The position numbers and the translations under genes were made by a program. This document shows positions 47,179 to 55,965 of a DNA stretch of 64,000 bases, in pieces. The notes below the pieces were generated by a model that had not been told where the DNA came from, did not search any database, and worked only from the letters and a program-made list of their open reading frames with translations. This DNA comes from Pseudomonadota bacterium (lineage in GTDB: Bacteria > Bdellovibrionota_B > Oligoflexia > Oligoflexales > CAIYRB01), in assembly GCA_031416315.1 (NCBI GenBank), contig JANOTL010000153.1, positions 41,826 to 105,825 of the forward strand, in the 5' to 3' direction. The stretch's first letter is position 1, and the number at the start of each line of letters is the position of its first letter.

Positions 47179-48183
47179 ATGGGGAGGAGAGCAGCCACCA
47201 AAAGTACCTCGATCGTGGTCAAGCAGACCGACGACGGTTTACATTTGGCGAACTCGATTCTCTGGCTCGACTCTCGCGTGTCCGGTGATCTCTCGTTTCT
47301 TTCCTCGGCGGCGACGTCCACCGAGCTCCCACGCGTCCCGCAAGTGATCGCGACGGAAGAGACGGTGAAGATCCTCGAAGCCGTCCGACGACGTCCGAAC
47401 GCGCTCATCTGCCAATACAATCGGCCGTTCTCGATCGGCCGATTGAAGATGGAGCTTTTGCCCTCGGGCTGCGTTTTAGGCGGCGCTTCGCTCTACGTCG
47501 AAACCGACCAGGGCCGTCTTCTTTACGCACCGCAACTGCAGTCGCATCGCATCCCCACGGTGCGCCAAATGCAGCTAAAGCGCGCGTCCACGCTGATCCT
47601 CGGCGTCGCGAATCCGGATCCGTCCGCGACCTCGCCGAACCGCAAGAAAGAGAAAGAGCGCCTCGTCGAGACGGTCCAAAAATGGGTCGCCAAAGGGCTT
47701 TATCCGACCATCGTCTGCGAGCCCGTCGCCATCGCACAGGAGATCACCAAGCTCCTCACCGAGCATAAGATCAGCCTGGCGGTTCACGAAACCATCTTCA
47801 AAGTGAATAAGGTCTACGAGACTTTCGGCTCGATGCTCGGCGACTACAGCAAGTACTCGCGCCGCCACACGCGCGGCAAAGTCGTCTTGATGCCGAAAGC
47901 GAAGAAGCCGGGTGCGACGCTACTCGCGACCGATGCCGCGAAGGGCCCGATCCTCTTCGTCGACGCCTTCGCCGAGGCCCTGCCGAAGTCCCTGACGGAA
48001 GCGGAGCGTTTCGTCATCAGCCCATCCTGCGACGGCGCCGAGATCCGCGAGATCGTCCAGATGGTCAGCCCGAAGGAGCTGTACATCTTCGGCCCCTATG
48101 CGAAACGCTACGTCGACGACCTTCACGGCGCGTGTCCCGTCATCAAGCCGCTCTTCGCCAATGATCAGCCCACGCTTTTCTGA
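47179..48183 (+). CDS. degenerate metallo-beta-lactamase/beta-CASP-fold protein
   Basis: Motif spacing resembles MBL exonucleases (LWLD, ELLPSGCVLGG, LLY) but the His ligands are absent. Confidence 0.6.
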   Translation: MGRRAATKSTSIVVKQTDDGLHLANSILWLDSRVSGDLSFLSSAATSTELPRVPQVIATEETVKILEAVRRRPNALICQYNRPFSIGRLKMELLPSGCVLGGASLYVETDQGRLLYAPQLQSHRIPTVRQMQLKRASTLILGVANPDPSATSPNRKKEKERLVETVQKWVAKGLYPTIVCEPVAIAQEITKLLTEHKISLAVHETIFKVNKVYETFGSMLGDYSKYSRRHTRGKVVLMPKAKKPGATLLATDAAKGPILFVDAFAEALPKSLTEAERFVISPSCDGAEIREIVQMVSPKELYIFGPYAKRYVDDLHGACPVIKPLFANDQPTLF

Positions 48184-48261
48184 CGAACGTCTAAGGTTTG
48201 GGCACCCCCACCGCATCCCCGTTTCTCACTCATTTCAACAACTTGAAGGCAAGGTTCAACC

Positions 48262-48277
48262 TGGGCCTCCCTTTGCA
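48262..48277 (+). promoter_or_regulatory. candidate sigma54 promoter
   Basis: TGG-GCCTCCCTTT-GCA (GG-N10-GC), with an IHF-like TTTCAACAACTTG upstream. Confidence 0.5.
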
Positions 48278-48391
48278 ATCGCTTAGACGCGGCTCACGCC
48301 GTGCTCTGTACTCCTCTCTCTGTTGCTGCTGTTGTTGCCTTCTCTCTCCTCCTCCTCCCCCCTCCCCGTTGCCGCTGCTGGAGCCCCTTAG

Positions 48392-48745
48392 ATGCAAGCT
48401 GACCTCATTCCGGAATCTTTCTTTCAAGCCCTTTATCCCGAGAGCTCACTCCCGCCCCTTTGGGAAGTGATCTACCAAGAGTCGATGCGCGGCCATCACC
48501 TCCTCTTCAAGCGCACCGATGTCGACCTCTTCGAGACGCTTTCCGACACCGACGACTCCTGGCTCGAAGAACGTCTCGAAGGCGAGCTCGAGCGTCTGGT
48601 CCTCAAGCTCCTCTCCAAGAACGAGCTCGGCGACATGGTGAAGCTGATCGACGGCGAGCCCGAAGCGATGCGGCGCCGCCTTTTCGCGTTCTACAAGCGC
48701 AGCATCATGCTCTGGAATCAGTACGTGAAAACCCGCCTCAACTAA
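48392..48745 (+). CDS. hypothetical protein
   Basis: 117-aa ORF with host-like codon usage. Confidence 0.7.
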   Translation: MQADLIPESFFQALYPESSLPPLWEVIYQESMRGHHLLFKRTDVDLFETLSDTDDSWLEERLEGELERLVLKLLSKNELGDMVKLIDGEPEAMRRRLFAFYKRSIMLWNQYVKTRLN

Positions 48746-48900
48746 GGCGTTTTCGCGATCTGACCAAGAAATCCCGGGAGTCATAGCCAAGCCGCAAGTC
48801 CGCGTAGGACCTGCGGCTTGAGCTTTTTCGGACGGCGTCGGATATAATTTTCCTATCCCACCCGTGCCGTTCCTTCCCACTCCGTTCCGGAGACTCCTCC

Positions 48901-51225
48901 ATGCAGAAAGCCGCTCACGCGCTTCGCGCGGCGCTTGGCTATCGTCCTTGGCGCCTGGATCACCCTTTCCAGCGCGAGGTCTTTCTCCTCTCCGCCTTCG
49001 GCCTGGCGGCCTTTTACGTCACCGCCTTGGCGACGTTTACGCCGACCGACGCCTCGTGGACGACCGCCGTCTTTCCGCCGCAAGTCCCACAGAACCTTGC
49101 GGGCGCCCTCGGCGCCAAGCTTGCCGGCATCGCCTACTTTGGCCTCGGCGCCGCCGCCTGGCTCGCCCCGATCCCACTCCTCGTCACCGCCATCTTGATC
49201 GTCTCGCGCCGCCCGCACGCCGCCGCGCGCTCGCGCATGATCGGCTGGGCGCTGGTTCTCGCGGCCTCGGCGGCGACCGCGACCGTACGCCTGTCCCCAC
49301 TTTCCGTGCACGGATTCGAGCTTCCCGCCGGCGGCTACGTCGGCAGTGCCGTCTCGGCCCTCCTCTTTCAATACCTCGGCCACGTCGGCAGCCTGATCGC
49401 GATCGCCACCGCTGGCGCGTGCGCCGTGCTGCTCGTTCTGCGTCGCAGCTTGATCGAGCCACTCTGGCGGAATGCGACTGCGGGCTTCGAGATGCCGGAG
49501 CTTCGCCTCCCGAGCTTCCGCCGCGCGCCCTCCACGCAGCCCGAGGAATCCGCCGACGCCCCCGCGGTCGCGGCCGCGCCCGAGCTTCCGCGTGTCGCTC
49601 CCGTTCCCGACTTCTTTCCGCGCGTTCACGACGAGCCGGCGATCGAAGCCGGTGCCGCGCTCGAGGACGAAGTCGACGAGCCTGACCACGTCGCTCCCGC
49701 GGCCGCGTTCGCGCCCTTCGCGGTCACACCACCGGCACCGAAGAAGCGCTACAACACCCCTTCGCTTGCCCTCTTCAACCGCACCGACCCCAACGCGCCG
49801 TCCTCCGCCAACCCGAAAGAGCTCGAAGCCACCGCCAACTTCCTCGTCAAAACCCTGCTGGATTTCGGCGTCGAAGGCCGCATCGTCGGCTATCAGCCCG
49901 GCCCCGTCGTCACCACCTTCGAGTTTCAGACCGAAGCCGGCACGAAACAAGCGCGCGTCCTCTCGCTCATCGACGACATCGCGCTCGCCCTCAAGGTCGA
50001 CTCGATCTTCATCCATCCCGTCAAAGGCAAGAGCGCGCTCGGCATCCAGGTGCCGAACACGAAGCGCGAGGCCGTCTTCTTCGGCGACGTCGTCGCCGCC
50101 GCCGCCTTCCGCGACACGCCGTCGCCGCTGACGTTCGGCATGGGCAAGTCGATCAGCGGGCAGCCGATGTGCGCCGATCTCGCCGCGATGCCGCACCTCC
50201 TCGCCGCCGGCGCCACGGGCTCGGGCAAATCCGTCGCCATCAACGCGCTCCTCTCCAGCATCATCATGAAGTCGAGCCCCGACGACGTGCGCATGATCCT
50301 CGTCGACCCGAAGATGCTCGAGCTCTCCGTCTACGAAGGCATCCCGCACCTCCTGATGCCCGTCATCACGGAGCCCGACAAAGCCTCGCTCGCGCTGAAA
50401 TGGGCGACCCACGAAATGGAGCGCCGCTACCGGCTGATGCAGCACGGCGCCGTGCGTAACATCGCGGGTTTCAACGATTTTTTGGAGAAGGCCAGCCCCG
50501 CTCGCTTAGCCCAGCTCGCCGAGGCGACGGGCGATCCGCAGATCGAGAAGCTTCCTTACATCATGCTCGTCATCGACGAGCTCGCCGACCTGATGATGAC
50601 CGCGCCGAAAGACGTCGAGTCCTCGATCCAACGGCTCGCGCAAAAAGCCCGCGCCTCCGGCATCCACATGGTCCTTGCGACGCAGCGTCCTTCCGTCGAC
50701 ATCATCACCGGCGTCATCAAAGCCAACTTGCCGTGCCGCATCGCCTTCCAGGTCGTCTCGAAGCACGACAGCCGCACCATCCTCGACCTGATCGGCGCCG
50801 AAAAGCTCCTCGGCAAAGGCGACATGCTCTTGCAGCGTCCGGGTATCGGCAAGCTCGAGCGCATCCAAGGGGCCTTCATCAGCGACGAAGAAGTGATCAA
50901 CCTCGTCGCCGCCGTGAAGCGCGACTACGGCGCCGCTCGTTACGACGAAGCCATCATGGGCTGGATCGACGACGAGCTGACGCGCCAGAAATCCTCGGAC
51001 AAAGGCGAAGATCTCGACAACGACGCGATGGAAGACGATCCGCGCTACGGCGAGGCTCTCAACATCGCCCGCACGCACGGCGTCGTCAGCGCCAGCTTCC
51101 TGCAGCGCCACCTGAAAATCGGCTATAACCGCGCCGCCCGTATCGTCGAGTTCATGGAAAAGCGCGGCCTGGTCGACAAAGCCGACGGCGCCAAGCCGCG
51201 GAAGTGGCTCGGGCCCGTCGCATGA
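48901..51225 (+). CDS. ftsK: DNA translocase FtsK
   Basis: N-terminal TM helices, GPVVT, MPHLLAAGATGSGKS, DELAD, TQRPS, gamma domain IGYNRAAR. Confidence 0.96.
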   Translation: MQKAAHALRAALGYRPWRLDHPFQREVFLLSAFGLAAFYVTALATFTPTDASWTTAVFPPQVPQNLAGALGAKLAGIAYFGLGAAAWLAPIPLLVTAILIVSRRPHAAARSRMIGWALVLAASAATATVRLSPLSVHGFELPAGGYVGSAVSALLFQYLGHVGSLIAIATAGACAVLLVLRRSLIEPLWRNATAGFEMPELRLPSFRRAPSTQPEESADAPAVAAAPELPRVAPVPDFFPRVHDEPAIEAGAALEDEVDEPDHVAPAAAFAPFAVTPPAPKKRYNTPSLALFNRTDPNAPSSANPKELEATANFLVKTLLDFGVEGRIVGYQPGPVVTTFEFQTEAGTKQARVLSLIDDIALALKVDSIFIHPVKGKSALGIQVPNTKREAVFFGDVVAAAAFRDTPSPLTFGMGKSISGQPMCADLAAMPHLLAAGATGSGKSVAINALLSSIIMKSSPDDVRMILVDPKMLELSVYEGIPHLLMPVITEPDKASLALKWATHEMERRYRLMQHGAVRNIAGFNDFLEKASPARLAQLAEATGDPQIEKLPYIMLVIDELADLMMTAPKDVESSIQRLAQKARASGIHMVLATQRPSVDIITGVIKANLPCRIAFQVVSKHDSRTILDLIGAEKLLGKGDMLLQRPGIGKLERIQGAFISDEEVINLVAAVKRDYGAARYDEAIMGWIDDELTRQKSSDKGEDLDNDAMEDDPRYGEALNIARTHGVVSASFLQRHLKIGYNRAARIVEFMEKRGLVDKADGAKPRKWLGPVA

Positions 51226-51297
51226 TCCCGCTCTTGCCGGTGCATCACGATCCCTCAGCGGTTGGCGTTGCGTGGCGCACCGCACAAGCTCTAGGAG

Positions 51298-51645
51298 CTA
51301 TCGCCCGCGCCGCAGCGAGAGCTCCCCGCTGTCCAGCTGAATCGTCGCCGTCTCGAGCTTTGCCCGAAGCTCCCCCGGCACGACCAACTCGACGTGTCCC
51401 CAAAGCTTCAAGGTCTTCGCCGCGCTGTCATGGGTGATCATGTCCGCGGTCCCATAAACGTATTCGTGCGACTCCTCGAAGCGCGCACAAAAGCGCGGCC
51501 GCCGAGGACTGCTCTCGCCCCCCTCGCCGATCGTGCGCGACCCAATCTTCTGCACGTTCACGGCATCGATCCGGACGCCCCCGATCTCGACACCGGCGCA
51601 ATCCGCCCCGGTCAGACCAAACATCAGCGCCCAGACTGCGACCAT
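51298..51645 (-). CDS. small secreted protein, OstA/LptA-like beta-jellyroll
   Basis: AD.IT.D...KTL.L.G.V pattern. Confidence 0.5.
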   Translation of the reverse strand: MVAVWALMFGLTGADCAGVEIGGVRIDAVNVQKIGSRTIGEGGESSPRRPRFCARFEESHEYVYGTADMITHDSAAKTLKLWGHVELVVPGELRAKLETATIQLDSGELSLRRGR

Positions 51646-51690
51646 CGGCTCTTTCCTCCAAGCTTGTCAGCCTAAAGGAGAGCACGACGA

Positions 51691-52746
51691 TCATGAGGAT
51701 CCGATGACCTCGCGAAGGGACTGTCCCATGGCCTCCAGCGAGAACAGCGCTTTCGCTCGCCGCGCGCGCACGCTCTTCGCACCATCGCCCTCGTGGACGC
51801 TCTTCTCGACCCAAGCGGTCACGATTTGCGCGGCCTCGGTCTCGCTCCTCCCGCGATAGCTTGCCCCCGCGTCACTAAACAGAACCTCGTCGAGTGACCC
51901 GACGCCCGAGACCACCACCGGCGTCCCGCAGAGCAAAAACTCCTCCGCCACCCGCGCGATGATCTCCGACCCCAAGCTCGGTACGACGCCCAGCGCCGCT
52001 TCGCCCATTAGCTTCGGCACGTCTTCAACCCGCGCGAACGTCAGCTTCGTATCCGCCTCGGCTCCGTGCTTGGCGACCAAGCGCCGGACCTCGCTTTCAG
52101 AGATGTTCGCCGCTTCCCCGACGATATGCAGCACCGGCTTCGTCGCAGCATCCGTCCAGGCCCGCCACACCTGCGCCATGATCCGCAGGATCGCGGCATG
52201 CCCTTTGACGGGATCGAGCCGTCCCAAGACCACGACTTCGGGCCGCTTCGCTGGCAGCAAGAAATCGTCGCGCCGCCGATACCGCGCCTCGTCACAGCCG
52301 AGCGGGACGACGTGGACGCGCGCATTTCGCAACGCCTCCGCGACAAAGACGCTCGGCGCGATGACCCGGTCGAACGGCGCCAGCGCCATCTTCATTCGCA
52401 CGCGTCCCAAAGCGCCGCCGGGCACCTCGTGCCCGCGAAACCGCACCTTCTTCCCTTTCGCCGCGAGAAAGCGGCTTAGAAAGCTCTCCTGACCTCCGTA
52501 AACGACGATGTGGTCCGGCGCAAACTTCGCCCCGATCCGCCGCGCCTCGTGCGCAGCGCCCACGCCGAATTCATTCAGCGGCTCCACTTCGAGCCCCGCG
52601 TCCCGCGCGCGCCGTTCCGCCGGCGATCCTGCCAAAGGCGAGAACAAGGTCGTCGCCCCTTGCATGGCCAAGGACCGCGCCGCGCTCAACGCATACTCGG
52701 TGATCGCGCTATTCCAACGATTCGACGAGAGGTGCCAGACTTTCAC
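51691..52746 (-). CDS. glycosyltransferase family 4
   Basis: GRLDPVKGH, PSLGSE...E...GTPVV. Confidence 0.85.
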   Translation of the reverse strand: MKVWHLSSNRWNSAITEYALSAARSLAMQGATTLFSPLAGSPAERRARDAGLEVEPLNEFGVGAAHEARRIGAKFAPDHIVVYGGQESFLSRFLAAKGKKVRFRGHEVPGGALGRVRMKMALAPFDRVIAPSVFVAEALRNARVHVVPLGCDEARYRRRDDFLLPAKRPEVVVLGRLDPVKGHAAILRIMAQVWRAWTDAATKPVLHIVGEAANISESEVRRLVAKHGAEADTKLTFARVEDVPKLMGEAALGVVPSLGSEIIARVAEEFLLCGTPVVVSGVGSLDEVLFSDAGASYRGRSETEAAQIVTAWVEKSVHEGDGAKSVRARRAKALFSLEAMGQSLREVIGSS

Positions 52747-53531
52747 TTCGCCGCCGTCTCGAGCTCACGCAATTTCGCGTACTTCACGAAGGCATAAAGG
52801 CTCGAAAGCAATGCGTAGCAATACCCCGGATACCCGTCGAGAAACCCGAGCCGCAGGAAATACCGGGACACGAACTCGCCCCAAGGGCGCAGCACGTGCG
52901 CGACGAACGGGGGCATCCGCCTCCCGCCCCGCCGATGCTCCTCGGCGATCCGCGACGTGTAGAAGTTGAACCGTTTGAAATAGTCCGAGAGGTCGTCATA
53001 GCTGACGTGCAGGAGCTCGCCTTCGAGCCGCGCCGCCGACGCACCGCCGCTCAGGACGAAGTGCTCGTGAATGCTCGCTTCGAAGCGCCCCGCCCCCCGC
53101 TTCCACAGCCGCAGCGGCGCGTCAGTCGTCTTCCCGAAGCGCATCCGCCGCCCCATGAAGAAGAGACGCCGGCGCACCCGATACCCGGGCGCAGCCTTAT
53201 CCCCGGACGCCACGACCGCTTCGATCTGCGCCCGCAGCTCCGGCGTCGCCTCCTCGTCCGCGTCGATCGAAAAGACGAAGCCGCGAGTCGCCAAGGCGAT
53301 CGCGGCATTTTTCTGATCGGCGTGATTGGTGAACGGGCGGGTCGAGAAAAGGGCCCCGCACCTCAAAGCAATTTGCTCGGTCTGATCGGTCGATCCCGAA
53401 TCCAGAACTAGAACCTCGGCGCCGTCGGGCAAACTGCGAAGACAGCGCTCCAGATGGCGCTCCTCGTTCAGCGTGATGACGACGCAAGAAAGGTCGAGAT
53501 TCAGTCTTTGTTCGAGAACGAAGCCGCCCAC
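52743..53531 (-). CDS. glycosyltransferase family 2 (WaaE/KdtX-like); start uncertain
   Basis: ITLNEE, DSGSTD, QKN, IDADE, IHE, GFLDG. Confidence 0.9.
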   Translation of the reverse strand: MGGFVLEQRLNLDLSCVVITLNEERHLERCLRSLPDGAEVLVLDSGSTDQTEQIALRCGALFSTRPFTNHADQKNAAIALATRGFVFSIDADEEATPELRAQIEAVVASGDKAAPGYRVRRRLFFMGRRMRFGKTTDAPLRLWKRGAGRFEASIHEHFVLSGGASAARLEGELLHVSYDDLSDYFKRFNFYTSRIAEEHRRGGRRMPPFVAHVLRPWGEFVSRYFLRLGFLDGYPGYCYALLSSLYAFVKYAKLRELETAAK

Positions 53532-53836
53532 TGCATGTTGCTATCGCGGTTTTCGACGTCGACGATCACGGGATAACCCTTGCGAATCGTCTGGGTCGCG
53601 TTGGAGACCGTCACCACGGCATAGGCGCCGCGGCGTTTCACGATACGGCCGACCGCGATGACGCGCGCCTTCTCGTCCATCACCTTGACCCGATCACCGA
53701 TGATGCCTTCTTCGACTTTGACGACGCATTTCGAGCCGCCGGTCGAGCAATTATAGACGCTAGCCGCTTCGGAAACCGAAGCCAACACGAAATTCGAGAG
53801 CAACACGGCGACGATGGAGAACAACAGCTTCCGCAT
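53501..53836 (-). CDS. secreted hypothetical protein
   Basis: Signal peptide MRKLLFSIVAVLL...EAA. Confidence 0.7.
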   Translation of the reverse strand: MRKLLFSIVAVLLSNFVLASVSEAASVYNCSTGGSKCVVKVEEGIIGDRVKVMDEKARVIAVGRIVKRRGAYAVVTVSNATQTIRKGYPVIVDVENRDSNMQWAASFSNKD

Positions 53837-53902
53837 AAACAACCTTTCAACGTCAGATCAGCTTCCGCAGGGAGAACAACAGCAACAGCCGCAGACCCTT
53901 GA

Positions 53903-53917
53903 GCAAGTCTCGTTCCG
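53903..53917 (-). promoter_or_regulatory. candidate sigma54 promoter
   Basis: Minus strand reads CGGAACGAGACTTGC (GG-N10-GC with TTGC). Confidence 0.6.
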
Positions 53918-54025
53918 GCGCGGATTCAGGGAGTTTCGGGTGCTTGCGGGAGCTTCGGGCTGAGGAAAGGCTGCCGCCCCGTCCAAAAGTTAGACAGGGC
54001 AGGCGGGCTTGGGCGGGGGAAGGAC

Positions 54026-54328
54026 TCAGCGGCCGGCGGCGGCGCCGATTTCAGCGGCGACTTCGGCGGCGCGCGTGACGGCGGCCGACTTCTTCGCGGC
54101 GGCGGCCTTGGGGGCGGCCTTCCTCACCGGCTTGGCGTTTTCGACTTTGTTCTTGAGGTCTTTCACCACGGAAAGGCCCTTGTCGAAGAGCTTCGGGAAG
54201 CTCACTTCGGCGTGCTTCAGAACGATTTGGAAGCCGAAGGCGTCGACGATGAAGCCCACGCGGGGCAGCTTCGCGCGTTTCGAGGCCTTGCCACTCTCGG
54301 CTTTGAGGATCTTGAACAGATAAGCCAT
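54026..54328 (-). CDS. small basic protein with a Lys/Ala-rich tail
   Basis: GAGGG SD; KAAPKAAAAKKSAA. Confidence 0.7.
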   Translation of the reverse strand: MAYLFKILKAESGKASKRAKLPRVGFIVDAFGFQIVLKHAEVSFPKLFDKGLSVVKDLKNKVENAKPVRKAAPKAAAAKKSAAVTRAAEVAAEIGAAAGR

Positions 54329-54414
54329 GTTAGTTCCCTCAGGTCGTTTACGGAAATTGTTCGCTATCTATAAACCCTATAGAGTGCCCGCAAGTCAAAA
54401 TGGAAGGACGGACC

Positions 54415-55542
54415 GTGACCGAGACGACCCCCACCCGGCGCACGCCGCTGTACGAAGAGCACAAGGCCCTCAAGGCGAAGACCATCCCCTTCGGCGGCTG
54501 GGACATGCCTGTGAGCTACACCAGCGTCCTCGCGGAGCACAAAGCTGTACGCGAGGCCTGCGGTCTCTTCGACGTCAGCCACATGGGCGAGGTCGTGGTC
54601 AAAGGCAAGGATGCGACCCGCTTCCTCCAGCACGTCACGATCAACGACCCAGCGAAGCTCCAGCCGGGCCAAGGCCAATATAGCGCCATCCTGAACCCCG
54701 ACGGCGGCATGATCGACGACCTGATCGTCTATCGCCTGACGGACGACGAGTACTTCATCTGCGTCAACGCCTCGAACGCGGACAAGGACTTCGCCTGGAT
54801 CAAGCAGCAGTCGGCGAAGTTCCCCGGCGTCTCCGTGGACAACGAATCGCCCCGCTACAGCCAGCTCGCCGTGCAAGGCCCCACGAGCCTCGACGCCGTC
54901 CGCGCCCTGGTCTCGCAGGCCGACCAAGCCAAGCTCGAAGCGCTGCCGTACACCAACATCATGCGGACGCAGATCGGCGGCAAGCCAGCCCTCCTCGCCC
55001 GTACAGGCTACACGGGCGAGAAGGGTTACGAGCTCTACATTCCGAACGAGGCCGCCGTAAGCGCCTGGAAGACCCTCCTCGCCACGCAGCCGAAGACCGG
55101 CATCCAGCCGATCGGCCTCGGCGCGCGCGACACGTTGCGCCTCGAAGCCTGCTACCTCCTCTACGGCAACGACATGGACGACGGCGTCTCGCCCCTCGAG
55201 GCCGGCATCGGCTGGGCCGTCGCGATCGACAAGCCTGACTTCATCGGCAAGGCGAAGCTCGTCAGCCAGAAGGAAAAGGGCCTGACGCGCTCGATCTTCT
55301 GCTTCCTCATGGACGGCGACGGCATCCCGCGCCACGACATGCAGGTTTACAAAGGCGCCGATCTCATCGGCAAGGTGACCAGCGGCTCGGTCCTGCCGAC
55401 GCTCGGCGGCGCGGGTGGCATGGCGCTGCTAGACCCTAGAAAAGTAGCGGTTGGAGACGTGGTGGAGGTCGACGTGCGCGGCAAAAGAAAACTTGCGAAG
55501 CTCGTCAAAAGGCCTCTATATAAGGCTAAAGTGAAGGCTTGA
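54415..55542 (+). CDS. gcvT: glycine cleavage system T protein
   Basis: RTPLY, FGGWDMP, FDVSHMG, RTGYTGE, GLGARDTLRLEA. Confidence 0.97.
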   Translation: MTETTPTRRTPLYEEHKALKAKTIPFGGWDMPVSYTSVLAEHKAVREACGLFDVSHMGEVVVKGKDATRFLQHVTINDPAKLQPGQGQYSAILNPDGGMIDDLIVYRLTDDEYFICVNASNADKDFAWIKQQSAKFPGVSVDNESPRYSQLAVQGPTSLDAVRALVSQADQAKLEALPYTNIMRTQIGGKPALLARTGYTGEKGYELYIPNEAAVSAWKTLLATQPKTGIQPIGLGARDTLRLEACYLLYGNDMDDGVSPLEAGIGWAVAIDKPDFIGKAKLVSQKEKGLTRSIFCFLMDGDGIPRHDMQVYKGADLIGKVTSGSVLPTLGGAGGMALLDPRKVAVGDVVEVDVRGKRKLAKLVKRPLYKAKVKA

Positions 55543-55566
55543 TTCGACTTTTTGGAGTCCCGCGCG

Positions 55567-55959
55567 ATGGATTTTCCCCAGGGCCTGAAGTACACGAAAG
55601 ATCATGAGTGGATCGAGACGGCCGCGGGCGCCGTAAAGATCGGCGTCACCGCCTTCGCCGTCGAGCAGCTCGGGGACATCGTCCACGTCGAGCTCCCGAA
55701 CGTCGGTGAAACCTTCGCCGCCGGCAGCTCCTTCGGCACGATCGAATCCACCAAGACCGTCTCCGACCTCTACATGCCGATCGCCGGCAAGGTCGTCGAA
55801 GTGAACAAGGCCGCCGTCTCGAAGCCCGAGTCCCTGCAAGAGGACCCGTACAAGAACGGCTGGCTGGTCAAAGTCGAGCCCACCGCGGGCAAAGTCGAGG
55901 GCGCGAGCCTCCTCGATGCCGGCGCCTATTCCAAGTTCGTCAGCGAACAGGACCACTAA
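55567..55959 (+). CDS. gcvH: glycine cleavage system H protein
   Basis: YTKDHEW, LGDIV, IESTK (lipoyl Lys), DPY..GW. Confidence 0.97.
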   Translation: MDFPQGLKYTKDHEWIETAAGAVKIGVTAFAVEQLGDIVHVELPNVGETFAAGSSFGTIESTKTVSDLYMPIAGKVVEVNKAAVSKPESLQEDPYKNGWLVKVEPTAGKVEGASLLDAGAYSKFVSEQDH

Positions 55960-55965
55960 AACACG

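Noticed and set aside
53853..53906. Leu-rich 17-codon uORF (attenuator-like) on the minus strand
   Set aside because: Its TTG lies inside the predicted sigma54 -12 element, there is no SD, and the downstream gene is not Leu-biosynthetic
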